The notes under the pieces are model-generated. The model saw only the letters and a program-made list of their open reading frames with translations. It made no database searches and was not told the DNA's origin. Of a stretch of 64,000 bases of DNA, positions 18,479 through 28,741 are shown piece after piece. The stretch is taken from IMG/VR virus record IMGVR_UViG_3300033076_001104; one strand, written 5' to 3'. The number at the start of each line of letters is the position of its first letter. Position 1 is the stretch's first letter. Origin of the DNA: an uncultured virus (IMG/VR IMGVR_UViG_3300033076_001104) (lineage: Duplodnaviria > Heunggongvirae > Uroviricota > Caudoviricetes). The translations under genes were made by a program, and so were the position numbers.

Positions 18479-19948
18479 TTAAACTTGGTTACCAGCCCCT
18501 CCACCAGTACAATTAGAACAGTTTGTCCAAACTGATGAATATTGTCCATCAATTAAATGTAAACTTTCTTGTGTACATACTGTACCCATGTAGTAATCTA
18601 TTTGGTAACATACGTTATTTATTTTAACTGACGCCAATCCTGTTATAAACGGTGAAGGAAGTAAATCAGGTGATGTCATATAGAATGTTGCATTATCACT
18701 ACATCTTAATACTTGATATTTGTAATATGGTGCATCGTCGATTAATATGGTTATACCACTATTAGTAACACATCCGTTTGCGTCTGTAACTTCAACACAG
18801 AATCCTCCTGATGTTAATCCTGTAACAAATATCGATGGTGAACTTGACGTGATTCCTGTATATGTTCCAATTAATGTTCCACCACAAGTTGTATATGGTA
18901 CAGAATCATCTTCATATAATCTATATGTCTTCGGCCAAACTCCACCCGTTGATGAAACCGTTAATGAACCTCCACTTGGGTTTGCACATGGTGGGTTAGT
19001 TACTTCACTAATTGTTGCAACTTGTGTTGTTGGTTCTGTCACAGTTGTAGATATTGTATTTGTTCCACCTAATACGTCTTTAACAATAACACCGTAAACC
19101 GTTGCAGTTAATCCTGTAAACGTATATGGTGTTGAGTAATAATTACTTCCATCAATACTTGTTGTGTAATTACCACCAGAACCTCCACTAGGTGAACTTA
19201 CTGTTATTGTACCATTTGCCCCACCATTACATGAAACATTAGTAACTACAATATTAGCAGTTATTTGTTGAAGTGTTGGTGTTATTGTTGGGGTATAAGT
19301 AGGTGTAATAGTTAACGTCGGAGTAATCGTCTGCGTCGGTGTAATTGTCAACGTAGGAGTTACCGTCATTGTTGGTGTAATTGTCTGCGTTGGTGTAATA
19401 GTTAACGTAGGGGTTATGGTCTGCGTTGGTGTAATAGTTAACGTAGGTGTAATAGTTGGTGTGATGGTCAACGTAGGAGTTACCGTTGGTGTTGGTGTAG
19501 GTGCAATATATGTTACATTAACAGTAAAATCACACGCCGGTGTTAACGTCGGTGTTACCGTCATTGTTGGTGTAAGAGTAGGTGTGTGTGTTGGTGTTAT
19601 TGTTAACGTCGGAGTTATTGTTTGTGTAGGTGTGATAGTCAACGTTGGTGTCATCGTCAATGTCGGAGTTATCGTCATTGTCGGTGTAATAGTAGGTGTT
19701 GGAGTTGGTGAATAATAAGTTATTGACGTAAAACAAGATTCGTTATATAAAATAACATTTACTGTTGTATCAGGAACAGATACACTAACACCAGGGGTTG
19801 TTGTTAAATCTGAATAAGTAATACCCGTGGCATTATTAGATGTACTAACTCTGGTTGCATAATTAGATGGTGCAACAACATCGTAGTAAACCGAATACGG
19901 TCCTGGTGACGTACCCCCTGTTATTAATATGTTAAAATATCTTGCCAT
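18479..19948 (-). CDS. Virion appendage protein with long TP tract and SprB-like repeats
   Basis: About 145-aa TP tract, then [16 protein letters not shown]...TGLT...VKD and a second unit ...[18 protein letters not shown] typical of SprB repeats. Confidence 0.65.
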   Translation of the reverse strand: MARYFNILITGGTSPGPYSVYYDVVAPSNYATRVSTSNNATGITYSDLTTTPGVSVSVPDTTVNVILYNESCFTSITYYSPTPTPTITPTMTITPTLTMTPTLTITPTQTITPTLTITPTHTPTLTPTMTVTPTLTPACDFTVNVTYIAPTPTPTVTPTLTITPTITPTLTITPTQTITPTLTITPTQTITPTMTVTPTLTITPTQTITPTLTITPTYTPTITPTLQQITANIVVTNVSCNGGANGTITVSSPSGGSGGNYTTSIDGSNYYSTPYTFTGLTATVYGVIVKDVLGGTNTISTTVTEPTTQVATISEVTNPPCANPSGGSLTVSSTGGVWPKTYRLYEDDSVPYTTCGGTLIGTYTGITSSSPSIFVTGLTSGGFCVEVTDANGCVTNSGITILIDDAPYYKYQVLRCSDNATFYMTSPDLLPSPFITGLASVKINNVCYQIDYYMGTVCTQESLHLIDGQYSSVWTNCSNCTGGGAGNQV

Positions 19949-19957
19949 CTATATTAA

Positions 19958-22900
19958 TTATACTACATTAAATCCTAATTCTACTTGATAATATGAATTA
20001 ACATGATATAATGGATCATTTGTTGTAAATTCAATTCTCAATGTATGTACCGAATTCGCCAATAATAAGTATGGTGACGGAACACTGAATGATTTTATCA
20101 CGGGACCCATTGCACATCCTTGATTTAAATCTTGTGATGTTGCCTTAGCAATTTGAGTACCATCTAATTTGAACAATATATTTTCGTAGTTAGTATCTTG
20201 TAATTCAGCTAAACCACTAAAATCTAAAGACATATATGTGTTTTGTGGTCCAACAGTAATTGTTGCTTGTGCCCAACCTGTTTGGGTTATTCCACATGCA
20301 CCTGTCTGACAATTCGCCGAGTTCGCAACATTAAATCTAACAGTTTGATTCGCATTTGTTATAGCCCAACCTGCAGGTATTCTATTTGCAACAGGTACCG
20401 TTGAGTCAACATATAAACATTGTGTGTCACCCGTTACGTTAGTATATGTGGTCCATGTTAATCCGGATACCGGCAATGGTGTTGGTGTTATTGTTGGTGT
20501 CGGAGTTACACTATTTGGGATATATTCAGTAAACGATGCGTCAAATGAACAATCAATTGTCGGTGTTATCGTTAACGTTGGTGTTATTGTTGGTGTTACT
20601 GTTAATGTCGGAGTTACCGTCATTGTTGGTGTAACAGTTAACGTCGGAGTATAAGTCGGTGTTACTGTTAACGTAGGAGTAACAGTTGGAGTAGGTGTTG
20701 GAGCAACATAAGTTACGTCAACAGTGAATCCACAATCAGGAGTCAAAGTTGGTGTAATAGTTGGTGTAACAGTTAACGTCGGAGTTACTGTTAATGTTGG
20801 TGTAATAGTTGGTGTGATGGTCAACGTAGGTGTAATTGTCAACGTAGGTGTAATTGTTAACGTTGGTGTGATTGTTGGTGTAATCGTTAATGTTGGCGTT
20901 ATAGTCTGCGTTGGTGTGATGGTCAACGTAGGTGTAATAGTTTGTGTAGGGGTGATTGTTAACGTTGGTGTTAATGTTTCAGTTGGTGTAAATGTTGGTG
21001 TCACCGTTAATGTTGGTGTGATAGTTGGAGTAGGGGTTGGTGCAATATATGTTACATCTACTGTGAATGAACAATCAGGAGTAAATGTTGGAGTTATAGT
21101 TGGAGTAACCGTCATCGTTGGCGTGATAGTCAACGTTGGGGTTATTGTTTGTGTAGGTGTTATAGTCAACGTAGGTGTTATAGTCTGCGTTGGAGTTAAC
21201 GTTAATGTTGGTGTTATTGTTTGTGTTGGTGTAATAGTTAATGTTGGGGTATAAGTAGGTGTTACTGTTAATGTAGGTGTAACAGTTGGAGTTGGGGTTG
21301 GTGCAACATAAGTTACATCAACTGTAAACTGACAATCAGGTGTTAATGTTGGAGTAATAGTTGGTGTTAACGTTAACGTAGGTGTTATAGTCTGCGTTGG
21401 TGTAATAGTTAACGTAGGTGTTATAGTTTGTGTATATGTTGGTGTTACTGTTAATGTCGGAGTAACGGTTGGAGTTGGTGTGATACCCATAATAACAACA
21501 CTAACACAATCACACATTGGACTTACCGAATTAACTGTAAATCCTGTAACACATTCTCCTTGTTGTAACACAGGATTTAAATCAAAATTATGTATGTGGT
21601 TGTTATATCCAATAGTTTCCGCCCCACTAAATACTGTACCCATACTACCATATGCAGTACCATAAACAACATAGTCACAAATGGCATTTGCATTACTTGT
21701 TTGATTTGGATCGTCAAATAACGCTAATTGGAATTTGGTACACGATTGTAAATTCGCTCTCAAATATTGTGTTATAAATGGATCACAAGTTTGTGTTGGG
21801 GTAATTGTAGGGGTAACGGTCAACGTCGGTGTAACTGTTGGAGTTGGGGTAGGGGCAACGTAAGTTACATCAACAACAAATTCACAATCCGGTGTTAATG
21901 TTGGTGTGATTGTCATTGTTGGAGTATAAGTCGGTGTTACCGTCATTGTTGGTGTTATCGTAGGGGATAACGTCATTGTTGGCGTTACCGTCAATGTCGG
22001 TGTAATAGTTGGGGTAGGTGTCGGTGCAATGTATGTTACATCAACAGTGAAAATACAATCCGGTGTAAATGTTGGTGTAATTGTCATTGTTGGTGTAATT
22101 GTTGGAGTCAATGTCAATGTAGGTGTTATCGTTGGAGATAACGTCATTGTTGGAGTAGGTGTTGGAGCCACATAAGTCACATCAACAACAAATTCACAAT
22201 CCGGTGTTAATGTTGGGGTAACGGTTAATGTTGGTGTTAATGTTGGTGTTAATGTTAACGTGTGTGTTGGTGTAATAGTTAACGTTGGTGTTATCGTTGG
22301 TGTATATGTAGGTGTAACAGTTAACGTTGGGGTTAACGTTTCAGTTGGTGTAAATGTTGGTGTTATAGTTGGTGTATACGTAGGAGTCACAGTCAACGTT
22401 GGTGTAACTGTTTCAGTTGGTGTGTATGTTGGTGTAATAGTTTGTGTATACGTTGGTGTAATAGTCAACGTAGGGGTTATAGTTGGGGTATAAGTAGGTG
22501 TTACCGTCAATGTCGGAGTTATCGTCATTGTCGGAGTAATAGTTTGTGTAGGTGTAATTGTTAATGTCGGTGTTATAGTTGGTGTTGGAGTTGGTGTTTG
22601 ATAAATTCCACCACATTCTCTATAAGGTACTATATTACAATCACTATATCCAGACGCATCTCTTTCGCTTGATGTTGTTTCTGAATCTGTACATAATGCA
22701 CTGTTGTAGTATTGAATCAAATAAGTGTCTAACGTACTGAAATTATCATACGTATGTTGAGTTATTATTTGATAATCATTGTTACCATTAAATGTTATTA
22801 AATTTGTTGGTACACTTCCTGATATATTAATGTTATAGTAAATTTCAGGAGTGCAATAATCCAAGTTTAGTTGGATTATCTCAATAAGTTTACCTTCGGC

Positions 22901-25900
22901 AGTGATAAGATAATCGCCACTTACAAAATAATCGTCGGTGTAATTACAACACGGATCTAATTGTTCAGGTTTAACTTGTAAATGTTCAGGATATCTTTCA
23001 GTTAAGAAATATTTTTTTAAATCTGTAACTTCTCCCGTTGTTTCATTAACAAAATTACGAGTATAAACTTTAACTTTTGAAGTTGGTAAAATTTCAAAAA
23101 TTTCAACCTCATCGTTTTTAGTTTTACCTGTAATTGAATATTTCTTTATTGTACCTAAACATTCTTTTCCTGTTACAATTTTTGGTGTGTAATCAAAAAT
23201 GAATGTAAAATCATCATTAGTTAAACCGTCTTGGAAATTTTGATTTGTTAATTCTAAACAATCTTTAAATGTGGCAGATAATATTTTATCACCGTTTACT
23301 AAATCTTTAACATATGTTTTTTCATAACTTGTAAGTAATGTATCGGTACCACCCATATATTTTAAAACATATGTGTCACCACCTAATCCATAGTTAAATG
23401 AATTTCTATATTGTATTTTAGGTACTAATTTGTATACTGTTTCATCATCTGACAATGCAGGTGTTCCACCCGTATAATTAATCCATTGTGGGTTAATACC
23501 TTCAATTTTTACTTTTAAATCACAGTTCGCAGCGTCAGTAAATAATAAATCAATCTCATCTGTTTCAGTTACACCACTTAATAACCATGTACATTCATAA
23601 CCACTTGGTGTGTACATTGGGTGTCCTTGAACTGCAGATGAATTGTAATCACTATTACAATTGTTATGAACATATAACGGCCAAGTACCCGATGGACTTT
23701 GTATAATATTTTTTGTATCACCCGTAATTTTTATTTTGAGTGTACCATTTAATTTACATGTCGGTCCATTTGGAGTATATAATGGGTCGTGAATACCTAA
23801 TCTATAAGTTTGATTTGGGTCAGTATCATCGTCAGGACAATCAAAAGAAAAATCTAATTCGATTGTACAGTCGCTTGGTGTTGTAGCACCATTTGAAGCA
23901 ACAAAACGATAATCCAAATACTCATTAACCGAACAATCATTAGGACCGTATTTTATAGATGTAAATCTAATTTTTTCAACACCATCTTCATCTTTAAATA
24001 ATGAATACTTTATTAATGGTTTTGTTGTCGTTTGATGAGTTGTACCACTAGTTGCATTTAAATACGGTTGGTAATTGTAATATCCCGCACCGTATCTTGT
24101 TGATGAATTAATTTCATCAATTAAACCAATTAACGCCTGTGTCCACAATGTTTTAATTGCTGTGACATCAGGTTCTAAATAATCTTTATATTCACAAATT
24201 AATGGTAAATGTGTAGTTGATGCAGTTGTTCCTGTACAATTTTCAATAGGAAAAGAATTAAACAATTGTGCACTAACTCCCGGTATTGATGTGTTTCCAC
24301 TGACAACAACCTCATATCCCGAATCGGGACCACCATATTCATAACCATCAATTTCAATAACAGGGTAGTATGTTACACCTGTTGCGTTGATTAAACCTCT
24401 AAAATAATTTTCATTATGACTACCTAATATTTTTTCAAAATCTTCTTCGATTGCTGTTTCAAAATCAGGATATAATTTTTCTTCAAATATTTTAGGTTGA
24501 CAACCAAATCTATATTTGTATTTTGGTCTACCAAAAATATTATTCTCAATTAAATTACCACCCGTCCATAAAGTTGTTGATGGAATTATTTGGTCGAGAA
24601 CTTGTGTCCAATAAGGACTCATTCTTGTTATGAATTCATTAACATCAGGTAAATTATACGATGTAAATAAATTACTATTAACATAGTCTTGATAGATGTC
24701 TTCTAACTTAACGTAATTCTTTCTATATTTGATTGAATGTGAGTTCTTTATTTGATTACTCATCATTTTCTCAACAAACTCAACAAAAGTAACACCTGTT
24801 TGTGGTTCAAGTGTTGCACTACCAAATGAGATAACTAATTCTCTAGATTTTCTCCAAATATCATAGTTAACAGCATTTGCCGATGATAAATAAACCTCAA
24901 TGTTTTTTCTATTGAATGTATATATTGAGTTGTCATTAACAACTTCTCTTTGTTTGTTATCTAATTTACTAACAATATCATAACCAGTATCTAAACCAGG
25001 TAATGTCCTATAAACATCGAAATAATCTTCACCGTAAGTATAAGATTTATTTTTAGTTTTAATTGTTTTTGTTCTACCTGTTAATGTTGAATTTTCTTCA
25101 TCAATAATATCAATTGATCTGTGATTTAAAGTTAAATCATACCAACCCGAACCCTTTTGGAAGAAAGTGTTTGATGTTGTATCATACGCAGTTTTTGGTA
25201 ATTTTGTACCACTAACAATTGGATATGTTTCAGAAGTAAACGTAGTTGTACCTGTTGTTGATGATATATCATAAGTAAATGTTGATTCATTTAAAACACC
25301 AACATTGTGTACTTTGGTACCCGCAATAACATCATAAATGTCACCACTTAAATCAAACGATTTTGGTAATGATTTAATTTGGTACGTATACTCATTTATC
25401 TTAATCATTGGGTCGGGTGCACCTAAGAATTTTAAGAAAAATTCAATGGATGAACGAGTACCTTTTGATTTATATATGTGTGATAAATTAACTAAAAGTC
25501 TTCTATAAAATTCATATTCCGCATCTAACACTGTTTTACCAAAAGTTAAACCAGAATATTGTGTATCTTGTCTTGTGTATAGTAATTCATCTAATTTCTT
25601 TTCATCAAATAAATTAATAGTTGATAAACCTAAAGTATTAGATAAATTCTTTAATAATATGTCAGGTAGGTTATTGATACCATCATAACTCACATTTCTC
25701 ATGTAAGCAATGTTCTCAATATATTTTTTTACTTTATCAAAATTATGTCCGTATAATTGGAATATTGCCTCCGCCTTTTTATCGTCGGTATCAAATTCAA
25801 ATAATTGAGGGGATGACATGAATCTAACAAATAAATTAGATTTATAATCATCAATCTCATCTGAAAGATTTGACAACTCTTCAACAAATAAGTTATATTC

Positions 25901-26815
25901 TAAACCAACAATTTTAACATTCCAATTATCTTTTGATAATGGCCAAGAAACTTCCACATCTTTTAATGACGTTTTATCACCATTAAAACTATCTCTTGGA
26001 ACACTAAATGTTGCGGTATATTTTGGATTAGTATTTCTATCTAAAAGACAACTTTCTAATTCATCTAATTTAGAAAAGAAATCTTCTACTATACCATCAT
26101 TTGGTCTTATTAAAACACTTTCAGTATAGGTTGTTAAACTATTAAATGGTTTACCCTTAACTTTTAACGAAACTTTGTAATCCGTATTTGGTTCGTTGTA
26201 TAATAAAACATCATACGTTGACCCGTTTAAATCCAACACATATTTTGTATATGATGAATAAAAATTTCTTAATTTGTTAATTGTATTTGGGTCAACTTCA
26301 CTTTTTGGTGATTCTAATATGATATCAAATGGATTATAGAAACGACCAAAATCAACATCGAATGATGTTGTATCTAAATCATTATCGTATGATATATTTT
26401 CAATTGTGTAATTAGAAGAATTCTTTACACTATTTTTATCGATTAAAAGACCCGCAGGATATTTCTTAATTATGTTTGTTAAAGAAACCCCAATTCTACC
26501 TTTTAAGGAACCGAATAAAGATTTACCCGCATCATCTTTAGATGATCTGAATTTTAATTCATTTTCTTTTTTTACTGTGGTTTCACCAGAATCGGTGGAC
26601 TTGTGTTTTTCTTCTTTTAAATCGTCTAATGTCAAAAAATCGGAAAAGCGTCCAGAACGAAACGATTTAACGTCTCTTTCGGGAATATTTCTATCAATAG
26701 CAAAATTAGTGTTAGTTAATTGACTACTACCATCGGTAATTTGTCTACCAACTAAACTATCACTAAATGTTTCTGCCCCTGATGCCGCTTGACTTGGTAC
26801 CTTTCTTTTTGCCAT
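19958..26815 (-). CDS. Giant tail/baseplate wedge-associated protein with degenerate Hint-like region and mucin-like TP C-terminus
   Basis: 2285 aa; YKSKGTRSSIEFFLKFLG resembles the baseplate wedge / tail-I motif KGT..(S/A)I; about 700 aa of TP repeats near the C-terminus. Confidence 0.65.
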   Translation of the reverse strand: MAKRKVPSQAASGAETFSDSLVGRQITDGSSQLTNTNFAIDRNIPERDVKSFRSGRFSDFLTLDDLKEEKHKSTDSGETTVKKENELKFRSSKDDAGKSLFGSLKGRIGVSLTNIIKKYPAGLLIDKNSVKNSSNYTIENISYDNDLDTTSFDVDFGRFYNPFDIILESPKSEVDPNTINKLRNFYSSYTKYVLDLNGSTYDVLLYNEPNTDYKVSLKVKGKPFNSLTTYTESVLIRPNDGIVEDFFSKLDELESCLLDRNTNPKYTATFSVPRDSFNGDKTSLKDVEVSWPLSKDNWNVKIVGLEYNLFVEELSNLSDEIDDYKSNLFVRFMSSPQLFEFDTDDKKAEAIFQLYGHNFDKVKKYIENIAYMRNVSYDGINNLPDILLKNLSNTLGLSTINLFDEKKLDELLYTRQDTQYSGLTFGKTVLDAEYEFYRRLLVNLSHIYKSKGTRSSIEFFLKFLGAPDPMIKINEYTYQIKSLPKSFDLSGDIYDVIAGTKVHNVGVLNESTFTYDISSTTGTTTFTSETYPIVSGTKLPKTAYDTTSNTFFQKGSGWYDLTLNHRSIDIIDEENSTLTGRTKTIKTKNKSYTYGEDYFDVYRTLPGLDTGYDIVSKLDNKQREVVNDNSIYTFNRKNIEVYLSSANAVNYDIWRKSRELVISFGSATLEPQTGVTFVEFVEKMMSNQIKNSHSIKYRKNYVKLEDIYQDYVNSNLFTSYNLPDVNEFITRMSPYWTQVLDQIIPSTTLWTGGNLIENNIFGRPKYKYRFGCQPKIFEEKLYPDFETAIEEDFEKILGSHNENYFRGLINATGVTYYPVIEIDGYEYGGPDSGYEVVVSGNTSIPGVSAQLFNSFPIENCTGTTASTTHLPLICEYKDYLEPDVTAIKTLWTQALIGLIDEINSSTRYGAGYYNYQPYLNATSGTTHQTTTKPLIKYSLFKDEDGVEKIRFTSIKYGPNDCSVNEYLDYRFVASNGATTPSDCTIELDFSFDCPDDDTDPNQTYRLGIHDPLYTPNGPTCKLNGTLKIKITGDTKNIIQSPSGTWPLYVHNNCNSDYNSSAVQGHPMYTPSGYECTWLLSGVTETDEIDLLFTDAANCDLKVKIEGINPQWINYTGGTPALSDDETVYKLVPKIQYRNSFNYGLGGDTYVLKYMGGTDTLLTSYEKTYVKDLVNGDKILSATFKDCLELTNQNFQDGLTNDDFTFIFDYTPKIVTGKECLGTIKKYSITGKTKNDEVEIFEILPTSKVKVYTRNFVNETTGEVTDLKKYFLTERYPEHLQVKPEQLDPCCNYTDDYFVSGDYLITAEGKLIEIIQLNLDYCTPEIYYNINISGSVPTNLITFNGNNDYQIITQHTYDNFSTLDTYLIQYYNSALCTDSETTSSERDASGYSDCNIVPYRECGGIYQTPTPTPTITPTLTITPTQTITPTMTITPTLTVTPTYTPTITPTLTITPTYTQTITPTYTPTETVTPTLTVTPTYTPTITPTFTPTETLTPTLTVTPTYTPTITPTLTITPTHTLTLTPTLTPTLTVTPTLTPDCEFVVDVTYVAPTPTPTMTLSPTITPTLTLTPTITPTMTITPTFTPDCIFTVDVTYIAPTPTPTITPTLTVTPTMTLSPTITPTMTVTPTYTPTMTITPTLTPDCEFVVDVTYVAPTPTPTVTPTLTVTPTITPTQTCDPFITQYLRANLQSCTKFQLALFDDPNQTSNANAICDYVVYGTAYGSMGTVFSGAETIGYNNHIHNFDLNPVLQQGECVTGFTVNSVSPMCDCVSVVIMGITPTPTVTPTLTVTPTYTQTITPTLTITPTQTITPTLTLTPTITPTLTPDCQFTVDVTYVAPTPTPTVTPTLTVTPTYTPTLTITPTQTITPTLTLTPTQTITPTLTITPTQTITPTLTITPTMTVTPTITPTFTPDCSFTVDVTYIAPTPTPTITPTLTVTPTFTPTETLTPTLTITPTQTITPTLTITPTQTITPTLTITPTITPTLTITPTLTITPTLTITPTITPTLTVTPTLTVTPTITPTLTPDCGFTVDVTYVAPTPTPTVTPTLTVTPTYTPTLTVTPTMTVTPTLTVTPTITPTLTITPTIDCSFDASFTEYIPNSVTPTPTITPTPLPVSGLTWTTYTNVTGDTQCLYVDSTVPVANRIPAGWAITNANQTVRFNVANSANCQTGACGITQTGWAQATITVGPQNTYMSLDFSGLAELQDTNYENILFKLDGTQIAKATSQDLNQGCAMGPVIKSFSVPSPYLLLANSVHTLRIEFTTNDPLYHVNSYYQVELGFNVV
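20470..22600 (-). repeat. Mucin-like (TPTxTh)n coding repeats punctuated by PDCxFxVDVTYxAP spacers
   Basis: 12/18-bp degenerate units (plus ggtgttaatgtt / ggtgtaatagtt); six PDCxFxVDVTY[VI]AP spacers; one unique insert at about 21480-21790. Confidence 0.9.
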
Positions 26816-27735
26816 TATTGTGTAATATCATCGAAGTTTAATGTTTCGTCAATATCAGTTTTTTCCTCCCTAACTTCGTAAAGTGTTTCATTAAACTCAT
26901 CCTTAACTTCGTATAGGTTGTATTGTTTATAGATACTGTTATTGTTGTTATTATCATAAATGGTGTAGATACCTGAAGAAACGGCCTTAGTTTGGTTACC
27001 ATAAAGTGCATGTGCCAATGTAGATGCATCATGTTCAACCATCTCAATTTCTACAGTTGTAGGGTTAAAAAATGTGTTTGTTAGAATAACATTTTGACCA
27101 GGTTTTCCGATAAACGGTACAACATTTGGTCTACTTGATGGTGCAGATGATGGTGTAAGTGTTAAAAACATTAAGTTGGTAACACTATTACTATATTGGT
27201 ATCTTATTGCCTTTTGTGTTGTACTTGTTAAATTAGAGACAACTGGTGTACAATAAAAAGATGACGTAACTATTCTGTAAAAATTAGTTATTTTAGTACT
27301 ATCATCATTAATATACTCAATTCTATATCCAACTAATCCTTGCGGTGTGAATTTTCCTCTATCCGCCTCGGGTACATTTGCCAAATCTATAACCAATCCT
27401 CTAACGGATGGTAACGACGCCAAAATACCACAATCCATTATTGATGTTCTGATTTGTTTAGGTCTTAACTGTAATGTGTAAACCCCCAATTCAGAAAAAT
27501 TGTCTGAAGATAGTTTTAAATTATATAAACCACCCAAAATTTCAGTACCAACCGCATTTGTTTCGTTCGTTGTATCCCCGTTATGATAAATCGGCGTTAA
27601 AATATCTTCAGAAGATAACTTTTTTAAAGTCACTTCTGATGTTGCCAATCTATTTGGAACATGGTGTAAAAAAATCTCAACGTCAGCGGGAGACACATCT
27701 GATGGTCTAATTGTTCCGTAACTACCTATCGCCAT
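26815..27735 (-). CDS. Virion structural protein (unknown function)
   Basis: 306-aa ORF coupled (TAATG) to the giant downstream gene; TATTTATA box upstream. Confidence 0.55.
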   Translation of the reverse strand: MAIGSYGTIRPSDVSPADVEIFLHHVPNRLATSEVTLKKLSSEDILTPIYHNGDTTNETNAVGTEILGGLYNLKLSSDNFSELGVYTLQLRPKQIRTSIMDCGILASLPSVRGLVIDLANVPEADRGKFTPQGLVGYRIEYINDDSTKITNFYRIVTSSFYCTPVVSNLTSTTQKAIRYQYSNSVTNLMFLTLTPSSAPSSRPNVVPFIGKPGQNVILTNTFFNPTTVEIEMVEHDASTLAHALYGNQTKAVSSGIYTIYDNNNNNSIYKQYNLYEVKDEFNETLYEVREEKTDIDETLNFDDITQ

Positions 27736-27750
27736 ATTTTGTTATTTAAT

Positions 27751-27758
27751 TATAAATA
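27751..27758 (-). promoter_or_regulatory. TATTTATA putative late promoter box
   Basis: 15 nt upstream of the ATG at 27735. Confidence 0.55.
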
Positions 27759-27764
27759 TAATTT

Positions 27765-28736
27765 TTATTGTTTTCTTATTTTAAAATATCCATTTCCATA
27801 AACATTTAATTCTCCAACATTGTCTATTTCACTGAGTCTAAACGTTTTTTCCATAACTCCTTGTTTTCCTCTTTCAACAAAAACATCAGAATATATGGTT
27901 GGGTCTTCTACAAAACCCAAAAAATGTTCATTTCGGGTCACCATTTCGTTGATAATTTCTTCTTTTGTGAATCCAGAAGTGTTACCCGTAATATATGTTG
28001 TACCATCTTCGTAATCCCTATAGTGAACCGTTGTGGTGCCTGTTGTATTTCCTGTATACGTAAAACTATAACCAGTATAATTCCCATTATCATCTGTTCC
28101 ATTTATAGTATCCATAAATGAAGTTGACCCGTACTTTCTTTTTTCTTCTATTCTGCTGCCCCCAACACCATAGTAAGTAAAATTCGTATTTCCTGTGGTT
28201 GGGTTGTATTCAAAATCATTTAAATAATTTTGGGTTCTTCCACTTTGGAGGTAATTCTCATCAGGAATGTTAAAATATGGTAAATTGGTACCCGTATATG
28301 TGTAACTACCGATTAAATCTTGAGTCACATCTTGGGGTACTGTTACTTTTTTTGTTAATTTTTGTGTCGTCCACGGGGCATCTAATGTTATAGTAATATC
28401 ATATGTGGTGTTACCCGTATATGTGTGAGAAATTGTTGAGAAATTACTTCCGACAACACCGCTATTAACAGTTAATCCTGACGTATTACCATCACCCCAA
28501 TTAATTGTATATGTTTGTTCTAATATTCTTCTTAATCTATCTGGATTAACGGTATTAAACACTTGTATCGTACTACCTGTTTGTTTATAAGTAAAATTAC
28601 ACAACTGTTCAACTTGTTCAATGTCACCATCGAATCCGACCATAACACCCATTTCATCTACCGTACTTTCTAAAAATATGGGTAGGTTGTATGTAACACC
28701 TGTTTGATTTAATATTTCGAATCTATTTCTTTTCAT
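27765..28736 (-). CDS. Virion structural protein with PKD-like motif
   Basis: YTINWGDG...SHTY...YDITIT PKD-like pattern. Confidence 0.55.
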   Translation of the reverse strand: MKRNRFEILNQTGVTYNLPIFLESTVDEMGVMVGFDGDIEQVEQLCNFTYKQTGSTIQVFNTVNPDRLRRILEQTYTINWGDGNTSGLTVNSGVVGSNFSTISHTYTGNTTYDITITLDAPWTTQKLTKKVTVPQDVTQDLIGSYTYTGTNLPYFNIPDENYLQSGRTQNYLNDFEYNPTTGNTNFTYYGVGGSRIEEKRKYGSTSFMDTINGTDDNGNYTGYSFTYTGNTTGTTTVHYRDYEDGTTYITGNTSGFTKEEIINEMVTRNEHFLGFVEDPTIYSDVFVERGKQGVMEKTFRLSEIDNVGELNVYGNGYFKIRKQ

Positions 28737-28741
28737 TGTTT

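Noticed and set aside
19416..22493. Plus-strand Val/Gly-rich ORFs (VGVIVNVGV...)
   Set aside because: They are antisense shadows of the minus-strand Thr-Pro repeats, with no independent coding evidence.
20470..22600. Possible CRISPR array or DGR repeats
   Set aside because: Units are in-frame, vary at synonymous positions and lack unique spacers; there is no cas gene, no reverse transcriptase and no adenine-specific TR/VR pair in the window.
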